From a virus (taxonomy: Duplodnaviria > Caudoviricetes): a stretch of 64,000 nucleotides of DNA. The number at the start of each line of letters is the position of its first letter. Within the stretch, counting starts at the first letter, position 1. The notes under the pieces are model-generated. The model searched no databases, was not told the DNA's origin, and saw only the letters and a program-made list of their open reading frames with translations. Both the position numbers and the translations under genes were made by a program. Shown here one piece after another: positions 9,701 through 18,488 of the stretch. Where the stretch lies: positions 155,055-219,054 of IMG/VR virus record IMGVR_UViG_3300037851_000284; one strand, 5' to 3'.

Positions 9701-12700
9701 ACATTAATATTATATTTTTTATTAATTCCAACCAATTCTATATCTAATATTTCTCCATCAAAATCTTTTTCGTGTAATGCTAAAATTTTCTGATAAGTTC
9801 CATCGTTAGTTAATGAGTCTTTAGCGGTAATAATAGGAACTAATCCTTTAGATGTATCAATCAAAGTGTCTGGAGTAAAACAAGCTCTAGCAGGTAACGT
9901 TCTCTTTACGTTTGTATGAGTGCTAAGATATGCATCTCCAGGAAGTCTCAGTTCTCCCCTAAGAATCTTTTCGTATGGGTCTCCTTTTAAAAAGTGAGCT
10001 GGTAACCAGTTAGGCATCCTGTTTGGTATCGGATTTAAACCATACTGTCTATAATTTGGTTTTTCTATTAATCTTCTTAGTGGCTCGGTTAATATACCCA
10101 TACCGCCGAGGTTTAAATCTGTGTAGCTTCTACTAAAAGATGCTATTCTACCGGCTGTTTGTAATGTTGGTACTACAGTATTTTCTCCAAATATTCTATT
10201 AGTTATTGTTCCGGCCAAGAATCCTTTTAATCCGGCAAAGTTTTGTATATCATATAAGAAGTCTTCTGCTGCGGATTCAGACCAGTTCCTATTATTCATT
10301 AGGCTAATTTTTCCAAAATTATTAGCCATTCCTGCTGTAGTATTTCCAGGTCCTCCGTTGGGATTCATTAATGCCATTCCTTCTGGAATAGTAGGAGGTC
10401 TTATAGCAAAAGGATATGGGTCTCCTGGAGTTCCCCCTCTAACAGAAGAACCACCCTCTAGAAACTCTTGATGCATAGTCTTTGGAGGTTTTAATATTCT
10501 ACCAACCGTAGAAGATAAGATTTTGCCAACTCCAGGAAACTCGTCAAAAATACCTCCAGTAATCGGGTAAGGTCTAGTAAAATAATGTGAGTTGTGATAT
10601 GATGCTAAAATTCCAAGAAAAGAGTGAGACTTTTCTATTTTAACATCTATAACATTACCAGAAAATTTAGTAAAATTTATCTCTTTAATTTTAACATAAA
10701 TATAGTTATCATCAATAAAATACCATTTTGGAGACTTTATTTGTTTATTAATTTTAAATCCGATATATGATCTTAAATCATTAATATTATTACCATAAAC
10801 AAATAATAAATGTTGATCTGCTTCATTTTCTTTTTTAGATTTAATATATGAGTATGTTGGTATAAATCCAAGCGAAAATAAAATACTTCTTATTTGAAAA
10901 ATTAAATTTTGTGAAACAGAAATACAAGATATTGAACAATCATTAGATTGATCAGATCCGTTTCCTCTAAAATATCCAATTATTAACTCTTTTAATAAAA
11001 TAGAAGAAGAATAATATATTTCATCTGGGATGTGTTTATCATAACAAGAACTTCCAAAAGAACTTTTAAAAAATCTAGCTAATATCGAATTTGAACAAAT
11101 AATTCTAAATTTATTTCCATCTTGATGCGTTGTGCACTCTATCTTAAACAAAGATTTTATAATCGAAATTACATCATTATGATATTCTGTTTCTTTAGAA
11201 TGAAAATCAAAAACAACAGTTCTATCTCCACAGTATCCTTCCGCTAAATAATACCCAAATAATCTCCATAATAATCTATTTCTAATTATTTGTTTTGGAA
11301 TATTTTTATTATTATGTTTTGTTTGATTGTGAATACTAACATAACCAGAATTTGATTTTTCTTTAATTTTAATTCTAGGATAAACCAAAAAATCATTTTT
11401 TTCTAATTCATCTGCTCTAACCCATTCTGGTATATAATTTTTCTTATATTTACACCTTTTGCATTTTATCCAAGTTTTATTAAAACAAGGAGTTTTTCTA
11501 TTTTTTCTATGAAAACAAATAGAGGATTTAATTGCTAAATATCGGTGTTCTCTAGTAGTTTTATTATCAATATTAGATAAGGCAGTTTTAATAGAAATTA
11601 TATTTTCATCAATATGTTTAATCCATTTTTCTAAAACTTTTTGTTTTGTTCCATTGTGTGTTAAAATAGTATCACCAACATTTAAATCTTTAATTTGTAT
11701 AACTTCACTATTTTCTTTTAATATAAGAGTATCTTCTACTACACAACGCTCCATATAATACGGATCTAATATATCGCCAACGTTAAATCCAAGAAGCGGA
11801 AGAGGCTCGTGTATTAATCGTCTGAAAGCAGACCCATATAAAGTGTCAGTTTCTTTCCATCTTGATTTAGCTCTTACATACCAGTTTGGAGAATATCCTA
11901 CTACATTACTGCCTTCCCATGGAGTTCCTCCAAGCAACCAAGTGGGAGATTTCATTATAGGAACTTCTTTTCTCCCAGAGTATTCTTCTTTTAATTCCTC
12001 ATAAGATTTTGTAAGATTGGGAAGATATGGACTAGCCAGCCTATTAACTAATGCTCCACCAATAGCATATCTAGCAACTCTTAAAGGAGGAGATTTTGAC
12101 ATTAATCCGAGTACACTACCAAACATCATTCCAGGAATAGACGATTCAGAGAAAGGAGCTAACCCATGAAGATATTTCATGGTACCAGTAACACCAGTAA
12201 TATCTGCTACTCGTGCTCCAAATAAACGCGCTTTGGCTATATTATCAGCAGCTAGACCTGTTATTCCTTCTTCTAATGAGGTTTCATCAAATAGTGGGTT
12301 AGATGCAGTTATAGTATCAAGTATTCTATATGCTCCGAATACCGCAGCTGTTGTACCAACCACTCTTCCTATATATTTCAGATTTCCAGTCCACCCATGA
12401 TTTTCCATATAATATTTTTTAAATGGTAACCATTCCGCCATCATGTCCGTGGTTCGTTCGGTGGCTTTTAAGGCAAAGTCTCCAAGTATTTCTAGTCCTT
12501 TATCTGGAAGAGACACAAACGGATGAGGGTCAGTAGCAAACTTTATTCTACTAAAGGTTTTTTCTTGTGATAATTCTATGCTCGATTTAATTATATCATT
12601 ATTAGAAATAAAATTAATTAACTCGTTAGTAATATCCCATTTATTCTGCTTAGCTCTGTCTCTAACGTTATCTAGTATTAATTTTGTTCCATCAGAAGAA

Positions 12701-15207
12701 AAATCCAAACCTTTTATTAATTTATCTTCTCTTATAATAGGAGATAGCTTTGCGTGTAATAATAGAGCATCTTTTTCAGATCGGGTAATTAAATTTTTTC
12801 TATACCATTCTTCAGCTAGATTTAATAAAGGATGCGGTTTGTTTTTATCTGATTTTTTTAGAAAATCTTTATTAAAAACGTCCTCTATAACATTAGTTCT
12901 AGCTACATCATATGATGTCATTTCGGAGAAATGACCAAGCCGTTGTATTACATTATGATGTTTTGCTTTTTCAGGATATGCTTTAATATCTTCTATTGAT
13001 CTTATAACGTCTTTATTAGCAATTTCTCCTTTAGCGTGTAGAGCAGAAATTTTATCAATGAATGTTTGATCGTCCCATATATAAGATAACGGATTATCAT
13101 CTATATCAACTGCTTTAGCGGCTATCGACATAGCATCTCTAGACCTACCTACACGCGAAAGTATTTGGGAAGTGCGACCATAAATAGTATCAATAATAGA
13201 TAACGCTTTACCCATCATGCGAGTATCGTGTTTTCCAAGCGGGTCATCGAATATACTATTAAACTCTAATCTATAATCTTTAGAAGTAGAAAATCTAGAT
13301 TCTATTTTTCTAAATAATTTTTCAGCTGCTGCAGGCAAACCAAGTTTGGCTCTATCTAAAAAGTGTAGCCATTTATTATTTATTATTTTACCATGGTCTA
13401 GTTCTTCAATTAATTTATTATATTCTGCAGTACCAAGTTCGTCTTTTAAATGTTTTAAGCGATTAATAGTAATACTTTTTAATTCATGAGATTTATCATA
13501 TCCCGTTTTGTGTGAGAAATATAAGCTTCTATGAGTATCTACTTGGTGAACTGTAGCTCCGTCAAATATAGACCATTTTCCGCCTTTGGTATAAATATAT
13601 AATCTATTTCCATCTTGGTCTCCTACATCAGCAACGGAACTATAGTTTTTATCATTAAATCTAAATTCGGGTCTATTTCTGGTACCAAAGTAATCAGGAG
13701 AATCAGCAACCCAACGATGAGTATTAGTAAGGTCTGCTAAACTAAAAGTTGATTTAATAAAAGGAGCGCGAACTTGATATGTTAAGATAGGAGATAGTGC
13801 TTTTTTAACTAAGTGGATGGGGTCTAAGAAATTTAAATCAACTCTACCACCTATTATTCTAGGATTTTTCCAATCTTTATATATATTATGTCCTACTGTC
13901 ATATTAAGGATATTATCCATTAATTGATCAGCATCACTTTTTACATATTTTTGCTTAAGATTTCCTAAAACATCATTAATAACATCCTTTTTTAATACGT
14001 CTTTTAATAAAACAGGCTGAAGTACTTTACCGAATATTTTCTGTAAAATAGAGGTTCTGTCTTTATGTTTATGTATTTCTGAATAAAAAGTATCCTTTAA
14101 TTGAGCACCATCTAATGGTATCTTCTTAAGTCCTTTATATTCAGCCTCTTTTCTTGTCCATTCCTGAAATTCATAAAAAGTGTTTAATCCAGCATATTTA
14201 ACAGTAGAAGTAGGACTGGTCTTTGGTTTATTAAGGGCGGCTTTAGCTTCATCTACAGCCGTTTTAAGGAAGCCAAATACCTTTTGGGTACGCTGTCCAA
14301 ATGATATATTAGGTGCCTTCCTTGCCTCTCTAACGGCTTCTGGTAGGGTATATAGAGAATCTTGTAAACTTCTAAAGGCTTCACTTACGTTTTTACCAAA
14401 ATGTAGGCCTTTTTTAATAGAAGAATCGACAAACTCACTTTCGTGTTTAGTTAATAAACCTTGAAATCTATTATCTAATCTATTATCAGAGAATCTAGAT
14501 GCCCAATTTAATACCTTTTTACCGAATTCTCCTTGGAAAGTCTTTTGAACTGTTCTGAATCCTGCAGAACCAATAGCTCCAACTATAGGACCAGCCGCAC
14601 CAAAAGTCATACCGGCTATAGTACTATATCCCAACCACTTACCAAAATTAGATATCTTTCCAGGAACGTCATACCATTCCTTCTTCTCAAGTCCCATATC
14701 TCTAGTAAAACCAAGCATTTGGTCTACACCATAAGCTACAGCCATACCAGAAAGAACATTACGTTTCCATACTCCAGCAACAGATGCTATAAAAGTAGCA
14801 GGGTTTTTAAAAGCAGTTTGTAATCTTTTTATACCATATCCAGACTCACCTTTCATTCCCTCTAGAAGTTTTCTTCTTTCTTGACCGGCCTTGTAAACTG
14901 ATGATTCAGTAATTGTTCTTTTTATGGGAGAGGTATAAGCCTTTATATTTCTATAAGTTGTTATGGTTTTATCTGCTAAATTCTTTCTTATGCCTGTAGT
15001 GGAACCAGCAGACCAAGATTTTAAAGTAGATTTAGAGAAGCCTATTAAACGGCGAGTTACTATAGACCCAGCTATATTTAGAGCAAAAGCTGTCCCCATT
15101 AACTTTAGAGTGGAACCAATTTCCATTCTAGGAGCAACATTACTCTCGGGTTGATAATAATTTTCATTATCATTATCAAGAGGATTATAGTAAGTATTTT
15201 GAGCCAT
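6748..15207 (-). CDS. Giant tail/virion protein in the tape-measure position, with two inteins and a C-terminal PD-(D/E)xK nuclease domain
   Basis: 2819 aa, directly after the tail chaperone-like genes. Long Gly/Ala-rich amphipathic stretches, two Hint+LAGLIDADG inserts, and nuclease motifs GTAFHESVQ...GHVDAII...LEIKT...SQLNFYL (~8230-8580). About 2026 aa after removing the inteins. Confidence 0.7.
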   Translation of the reverse strand: MAQNTYYNPLDNDNENYYQPESNVAPRMEIGSTLKLMGTAFALNIAGSIVTRRLIGFSKSTLKSWSAGSTTGIRKNLADKTITTYRNIKAYTSPIKRTITESSVYKAGQERRKLLEGMKGESGYGIKRLQTAFKNPATFIASVAGVWKRNVLSGMAVAYGVDQMLGFTRDMGLEKKEWYDVPGKISNFGKWLGYSTIAGMTFGAAGPIVGAIGSAGFRTVQKTFQGEFGKKVLNWASRFSDNRLDNRFQGLLTKHESEFVDSSIKKGLHFGKNVSEAFRSLQDSLYTLPEAVREARKAPNISFGQRTQKVFGFLKTAVDEAKAALNKPKTSPTSTVKYAGLNTFYEFQEWTRKEAEYKGLKKIPLDGAQLKDTFYSEIHKHKDRTSILQKIFGKVLQPVLLKDVLKKDVINDVLGNLKQKYVKSDADQLMDNILNMTVGHNIYKDWKNPRIIGGRVDLNFLDPIHLVKKALSPILTYQVRAPFIKSTFSLADLTNTHRWVADSPDYFGTRNRPEFRFNDKNYSSVADVGDQDGNRLYIYTKGGKWSIFDGATVHQVDTHRSLYFSHKTGYDKSHELKSITINRLKHLKDELGTAEYNKLIEELDHGKIINNKWLHFLDRAKLGLPAAAEKLFRKIESRFSTSKDYRLEFNSIFDDPLGKHDTRMMGKALSIIDTIYGRTSQILSRVGRSRDAMSIAAKAVDIDDNPLSYIWDDQTFIDKISALHAKGEIANKDVIRSIEDIKAYPEKAKHHNVIQRLGHFSEMTSYDVARTNVIEDVFNKDFLKKSDKNKPHPLLNLAEEWYRKNLITRSEKDALLLHAKLSPIIREDKLIKGLDFSSDGTKLILDNVRDRAKQNKWDITNELINFISNNDIIKSSIELSQEKTFSRIKFATDPHPFVSLPDKGLEILGDFALKATERTTDMMAEWLPFKKYYMENHGWTGNLKYIGRVVGTTAAVFGAYRILDTITASNPLFDETSLEEGITGLAADNIAKARLFGARVADITGVTGTMKYLHGLAPFSESSIPGMMFGSVLGLMSKSPPLRVARYAIGGALVNRLASPYLPNLTKSYEELKEEYSGRKEVPIMKSPTWLLGGTPWEGSNVVGYSPNWYVRAKSRWKETDTLYGSAFRRLIHEPLPLLGFNVGDILDPYYMERCVVEDTLILKENSEVIQIKDLNVGDTILTHNGTKQKVLEKWIKHIDENIISIKTALSNIDNKTTREHRYLAIKSSICFHRKNRKTPCFNKTWIKCKRCKYKKNYIPEWVRADELEKNDFLVYPRIKIKEKSNSGYVSIHNQTKHNNKNIPKQIIRNRLLWRLFGYYLAEGYCGDRTVVFDFHSKETEYHNDVISIIKSLFKIECTTHQDGNKFRIICSNSILARFFKSSFGSSCYDKHIPDEIYYSSSILLKELIIGYFRGNGSDQSNDCSISCISVSQNLIFQIRSILFSLGFIPTYSYIKSKKENEADQHLLFVYGNNINDLRSYIGFKINKQIKSPKWYFIDDNYIYVKIKEINFTKFSGNVIDVKIEKSHSFLGILASYHNSHYFTRPYPITGGIFDEFPGVGKILSSTVGRILKPPKTMHQEFLEGGSSVRGGTPGDPYPFAIRPPTIPEGMALMNPNGGPGNTTAGMANNFGKISLMNNRNWSESAAEDFLYDIQNFAGLKGFLAGTITNRIFGENTVVPTLQTAGRIASFSRSYTDLNLGGMGILTEPLRRLIEKPNYRQYGLNPIPNRMPNWLPAHFLKGDPYEKILRGELRLPGDAYLSTHTNVKRTLPARACFTPDTLIDTSKGLVPIITAKDSLTNDGTYQKILALHEKDFDGEILDIELVGINKKYNINVTDNHDIFSIKTNKCKYYPNEPKSKRCCFECKNKNALKYCKESDYSITENKAKDLESGDYLVTPIIKITNNIKSIDLFELLKIYNKYTFKKNGVYSNGIKRYDRYLNITSELMKLIGFYLAEGSLSSSQTTFSFHSNEIEYHTFIKNITEKLFHSSTTILITNNSARVTSNSTILRDILESLCGKAKNKHLPKEIYNIGNKNINALLSGYFAGDGWYIKKSNKKSGSEIGVATCIENLSFSIFKLLCSLGFRPGLCYRKGKDVQFIKEDRIISSTQRYDIRLYDNQANVLSNIFGFDKNNEQLNVLIYKGFIPYKIKSISKKKYIGKVYDLTIENNHNYCVPFALVHNSMIGGTTQNIVQYFTGLIPPTQLESYNILEKGTAFHESVQRTLASEGMLIQAEAFVQDVKNDITGHVDAIIRDGYGGRGRRALEIKTINDEAFAVLDAPKSEHYSQLNFYLRMLNMKRGTLLYVNRENPSQVKTFDIPYSKSRWEEDVKKLYEARKIAATMMEEGVADTLGFSYSWVDRLKILADVAPNSLEYKEAKKIVDTQIKYGVLNKDDLEKYHSALKIKQARIRSYELYPNRFKGKVLHPENTANIQSINEDIKAAAEYSLPERMIGALWERFTNTNTFIVNKLFAAKDPLEHYKMTRLYGKEYKPWDEPIRGWLEPYSRGLAAKTDPFAGALSYGMGGLILGGPLGAIVGVGAGAIYGTGHGLYRFMTNSTYIPASIKEKREIMSYFDAAKFERNDMLAQLSTGLTQQEYLQQKEATLTAFNQGGKGATVANLFRATTPFEKPYIESFLNTRDPKKREEILKYIPDDLANALKHQWSKNDSKDATKNYIQRSSEEIAAGRPKYAFDRSVLDPSVPLDDIKLKTVQEQGFDQFEFGLGWNEQMLRLQESNMDIKAANIEKLNNYSPPSPNINQAGIRGAINNLFSKDGIKSSVQVYINNNSDEHNQIDILIRRDRSRTIFNALNRREKYGL
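8659..9882 (-). mobile_element. Intein 2 (408 aa, LAGLIDADG) in the 2819-aa protein
   Basis: Junctions LPARA|CFTPDTLI ... FALVHN|SMIGG. Block B VTDNHDIF; LAGLIDADG blocks LIGFYLAEG and LLSGYFAGDG. Confidence 0.93.
10591..11745 (-). mobile_element. Intein 1 (385 aa, LAGLIDADG) in the 2819-aa protein
   Basis: Junctions YYMER|CVVEDTLI ... ILASYHN|SHYF. Block B TTREHRYL; LAGLIDADG-like blocks LFGYYLAEG and IIGYFRGNG (second has N in place of D). Confidence 0.93.
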
Positions 15208-15755
15208 TATTTAGGGATACCTAGGTGAGCGCTTATTTTATTCATTTTTTCCTGTAGACTTTTACCTTCATCAGGAAGTTTGTTTGTATTTATAAGTCCG
15301 TGTTTTTTACCAATATCAAAAATCTGTTTACCAGTTATATATTCACATAAACAAACTAATTCTAGAAGGTCTTTAATATTTAACTTTAATAATTCAGTAA
15401 AAGATTGTCCAGGAAGATAAGTTAATATATTTTTAATAGCAATCATCGCATCATCTTTCTTTAAACTCTCCCTAAATTCGTTTATAGTAATTTCGAAAAG
15501 TTGAGATGATTCTAATAATCCATTTATTCGTTTAAGTACATCTTCGCCTATTTTCATTCTTACAACGAAGGGAACCTTATCTGGATCTAATTGATATATA
15601 ACTTGTCTACCAGCTATATCATATTTAACCCCCTCATTTTTAATATTAGATAAAAAACTATATTCTAAAGTATTAAGGTCTCTATAATAAACTTCTGTTT
15701 TCTTTTTATCTATCACACACGAAATTTTATAAAGCTTTGTATTTCTTGTAAACAT
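15207..15755 (-). CDS. Putative tail assembly chaperone-like protein
   Basis: 182 aa between the small chaperone-like gene and the giant tail gene. YYRDLNTLEY resembles the YFRTLTREDY motif of its neighbour. Confidence 0.5.
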   Translation of the reverse strand: MFTRNTKLYKISCVIDKKKTEVYYRDLNTLEYSFLSNIKNEGVKYDIAGRQVIYQLDPDKVPFVVRMKIGEDVLKRINGLLESSQLFEITINEFRESLKKDDAMIAIKNILTYLPGQSFTELLKLNIKDLLELVCLCEYITGKQIFDIGKKHGLINTNKLPDEGKSLQEKMNKISAHLGIPK

Positions 15756-15769
15756 AAACCTCCAAAATT

Positions 15770-15806
15770 AAAAAAGACCAAGAGGCTCTAAGCCCTTGGC
15801 CTCTTT
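15770..15806 (-). terminator. Rho-independent terminator
   Basis: Minus strand GGCCAAGGGC-ttaga-GCCTCTTGGTC followed by a T run. Confidence 0.7.
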
Positions 15807-15826
15807 AAACATTATTTTATAAAGAC

Positions 15827-16126
15827 TTATACTTCTTCTATATCACCTATTTCAAATCCAGAAGCTAACATTATCTTTTCAGCTAGAACCGTGGATATTC
15901 CGGCTTTATTCTTAAGCTCTGCAGGATCTAAAGGAGATAGTACACATTTCCTTACTACTTCTATATCGTGGTCAAAAGCCCTAGGATCACTAGCTTGGAT
16001 AGCCAGTATATCCATATAATCTTCTCTGGTAAGAGTTCTAAAATAAAAATCTTTACCCAAAAGATTCATACGATATACGTAAGTATACTTGTCTTTCCAC
16101 TCTTTTACTTGTTCTTGAATTTCCAT
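15827..16126 (-). CDS. Putative tail assembly chaperone
   Basis: 99-aa acidic protein with a YFRTLTREDY...CVLSP...AGISTVLAEKIMLASGF pattern; position between the tube-like genes and the tape-measure-like gene. Confidence 0.55.
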   Translation of the reverse strand: MEIQEQVKEWKDKYTYVYRMNLLGKDFYFRTLTREDYMDILAIQASDPRAFDHDIEVVRKCVLSPLDPAELKNKAGISTVLAEKIMLASGFEIGDIEEV

Positions 16127-16178
16127 AAAAACTCCCTTTTTGTTAAAATTTAGCCGTTATTGGCTATTCTTAGTATAG

Positions 16179-18488
16179 TTATTCGGACCAAATATTCTTA
16201 GGATATTGAGTCTCTTTAGCAGCTTGATAATCCTGATTTAGTTTATAAATATTTGGAGTACTTTCAGGTGTAGTATAGTTTTTATTAGTTTGCATTTTTA
16301 ACGTTTCTACCATCTCGTCCCTAGGTAAATTTTTTATTTTAGGAGGGACATAAGGAGGATTAGGTTTTACTTCGTTTCCATAGTTATACCCATATGGAGT
16401 AGGTGTTGTGTTTCTATATCCTATTCCTAGATTTCTTCTTATAGTTTTTTCAAACATTACAGGAGAATAAAACTTTTTCTCCGATTGTAAGTGATAGTGG
16501 TCGTTTATATAATCTACGCGTGTACCAATTTCAATCTTTTGTCCCACTTTTAAATTTTTCGTATATGAACTAGGAATATGAGCGTATCTTACTACACCTT
16601 GATTAGTTCTAATGCTAAATGATTCTTTCCCTATTGAATAAACTTCTCCCCCAAAAGCAGCAGGAGCATAACCTGCTGTTTTTGTTATATTATTCTTTTT
16701 TATTATATTACTTATATCTGCGAAAACATAATTACTTTTTCCAGCACTCAATGGATGTTCATCAGCCCTAGTAAAGTGAGTAATAGTTGTTCCAGTAATA
16801 GCAACTCCAGTTTCTGAACCATCGCTGGTCATATCTGATGCTTTTGGAACAATATTCTTTTTCTCTGTATTGGCTATTTGTTCTACTTGTTTTAAAGCTT
16901 CAGCTTCATTTCTAGCCTCTGCTGAGTTTTCTTCAAATATAGAAAGAGAATAATTTGGTGCGGGTTCTTGTTTAGTTTCTACTTCTTTAATCTTATTTTT
17001 TTCTCTTTCTTTAGGAGTTAAAGATTCCTGCTTAGGAGCGCTAGGTGGTTTTCCCCAGAATAAATCTTCTCTAGATAATAGGTTGGTTGCTTTAAATCCT
17101 GTTCTGGTAGGAGATATTACTTTAAATGTGTATGTATCTGGGATTCTTTGTTCTAATATCATGGTAATTTTTTCATCAGGAATAGTAGTATTACCATTTA
17201 AATTACCAAAAGTAGTAGCGACTATGAGTTGAGAATACCTTGATAGGTTTACAGGATCTGTATCAGTTACTTTAGCATTTATTACATTCTCAACAAAAGA
17301 ACTTAATTGGTCTATAAATGGAGTGACTTTATTATAAGAAAAAGATAATTTACTAATAACTTTATTCAAAGGTTTCCAGCCATTGTTACGTAAGAAAGAT
17401 GCCTCAGTAGCAACAGTAACATAAGTTCCTTGTTTATCATCTAGGAAGTTCTCAAGTTTTTCTATATCTTCATATTTTGATAATTTACTATCTGTTCTGA
17501 CAGAAAGTTTAACTGGATTTAATCTTATTACACTATTTGAGCTTGTAATACTATCATTTATATCCCTAGCTATAAAAGTGTACATTTCTCCAATGGGGTC
17601 TCCAGTTGGGGCAACTATTAAACTATTACTGGTAAAATGAACATCGTTTAATATTATTACTGTATGTTCCGCCCTATAATCATTAATATCTCCAAAGGTT
17701 AACATTATATTTAATACATTAGCATAACTTCTACCTTTAGCTGTTATTATACCACCGTTAGTTTCATGATAATCAAACTCGTCGGCTCTTTTAATCTTAT
17801 TCAAAAGAGTAAGCTGCTTACCATTCTGGTCTCCCCATATACTATCTTCTAATATTTCGGCAAAATCCTCAAAATCTCTATTCTCACGATCAAAACCCAT
17901 ATCTTGACTCAAACTGGTAGAAATCTTTTTACTAGATAATATTTGTTCTATAGTTTGACCTTGTCGTATAAAGTTTGGTGTTCCATCAAGATTATAAACC
18001 GCTTCAACTTTAGTACCATCTTCGTTTATAGTAGTTAATCCAGGAACGAACTCTTGTTTATCTTGCAGCTCATCAGAATAAGATTTTAACTTTCTCTGAA
18101 CTGCTTCAGCTTTATTTTTCCTTTGAGAATCTATAAGAGCTTGAATTATATTTAAATAACCAGTTTCTTTAAAGGCAATAGCTAGATTACCTTCTACTAT
18201 TACCTGTCCCTTAGCTATAGCATCAAAGTTCTGAGAAGCATACCCATAAATAGGAACTTTAGATTGAGTAACATTATATTGGATAGTAATTATATCATCC
18301 ACCCAGACATCACCAAAAAATATCTTACAGTCAGTTCCTGCAAAATAATCATACGGATAAGTTTGATAGTTATCTCTAAATGCCGTTGCTGAAGTAAATG
18401 GGTCTTTAGATGAACCGGAAAAACTCTTAGCCTGTTTTTCCTGCATTGCGGTCTTAGTCTGCCTTAATTGATTTTGTAAGTCTACCAT
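16179..18488 (-). CDS. Tail-tube-like/baseplate hub protein with C-terminal M23-like peptidase region
   Basis: N-terminus YFAGTDCKIFF...TQSKVPIYGYAS...GQVIVEGNL parallels the tube protein. C-terminus AAFGGEV...RYAHI...KVGQKI...DHYHLQ fits the M23/LytM pattern. Confidence 0.6.
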   Translation of the reverse strand: MVDLQNQLRQTKTAMQEKQAKSFSGSSKDPFTSATAFRDNYQTYPYDYFAGTDCKIFFGDVWVDDIITIQYNVTQSKVPIYGYASQNFDAIAKGQVIVEGNLAIAFKETGYLNIIQALIDSQRKNKAEAVQRKLKSYSDELQDKQEFVPGLTTINEDGTKVEAVYNLDGTPNFIRQGQTIEQILSSKKISTSLSQDMGFDRENRDFEDFAEILEDSIWGDQNGKQLTLLNKIKRADEFDYHETNGGIITAKGRSYANVLNIMLTFGDINDYRAEHTVIILNDVHFTSNSLIVAPTGDPIGEMYTFIARDINDSITSSNSVIRLNPVKLSVRTDSKLSKYEDIEKLENFLDDKQGTYVTVATEASFLRNNGWKPLNKVISKLSFSYNKVTPFIDQLSSFVENVINAKVTDTDPVNLSRYSQLIVATTFGNLNGNTTIPDEKITMILEQRIPDTYTFKVISPTRTGFKATNLLSREDLFWGKPPSAPKQESLTPKEREKNKIKEVETKQEPAPNYSLSIFEENSAEARNEAEALKQVEQIANTEKKNIVPKASDMTSDGSETGVAITGTTITHFTRADEHPLSAGKSNYVFADISNIIKKNNITKTAGYAPAAFGGEVYSIGKESFSIRTNQGVVRYAHIPSSYTKNLKVGQKIEIGTRVDYINDHYHLQSEKKFYSPVMFEKTIRRNLGIGYRNTTPTPYGYNYGNEVKPNPPYVPPKIKNLPRDEMVETLKMQTNKNYTTPESTPNIYKLNQDYQAAKETQYPKNIWSE

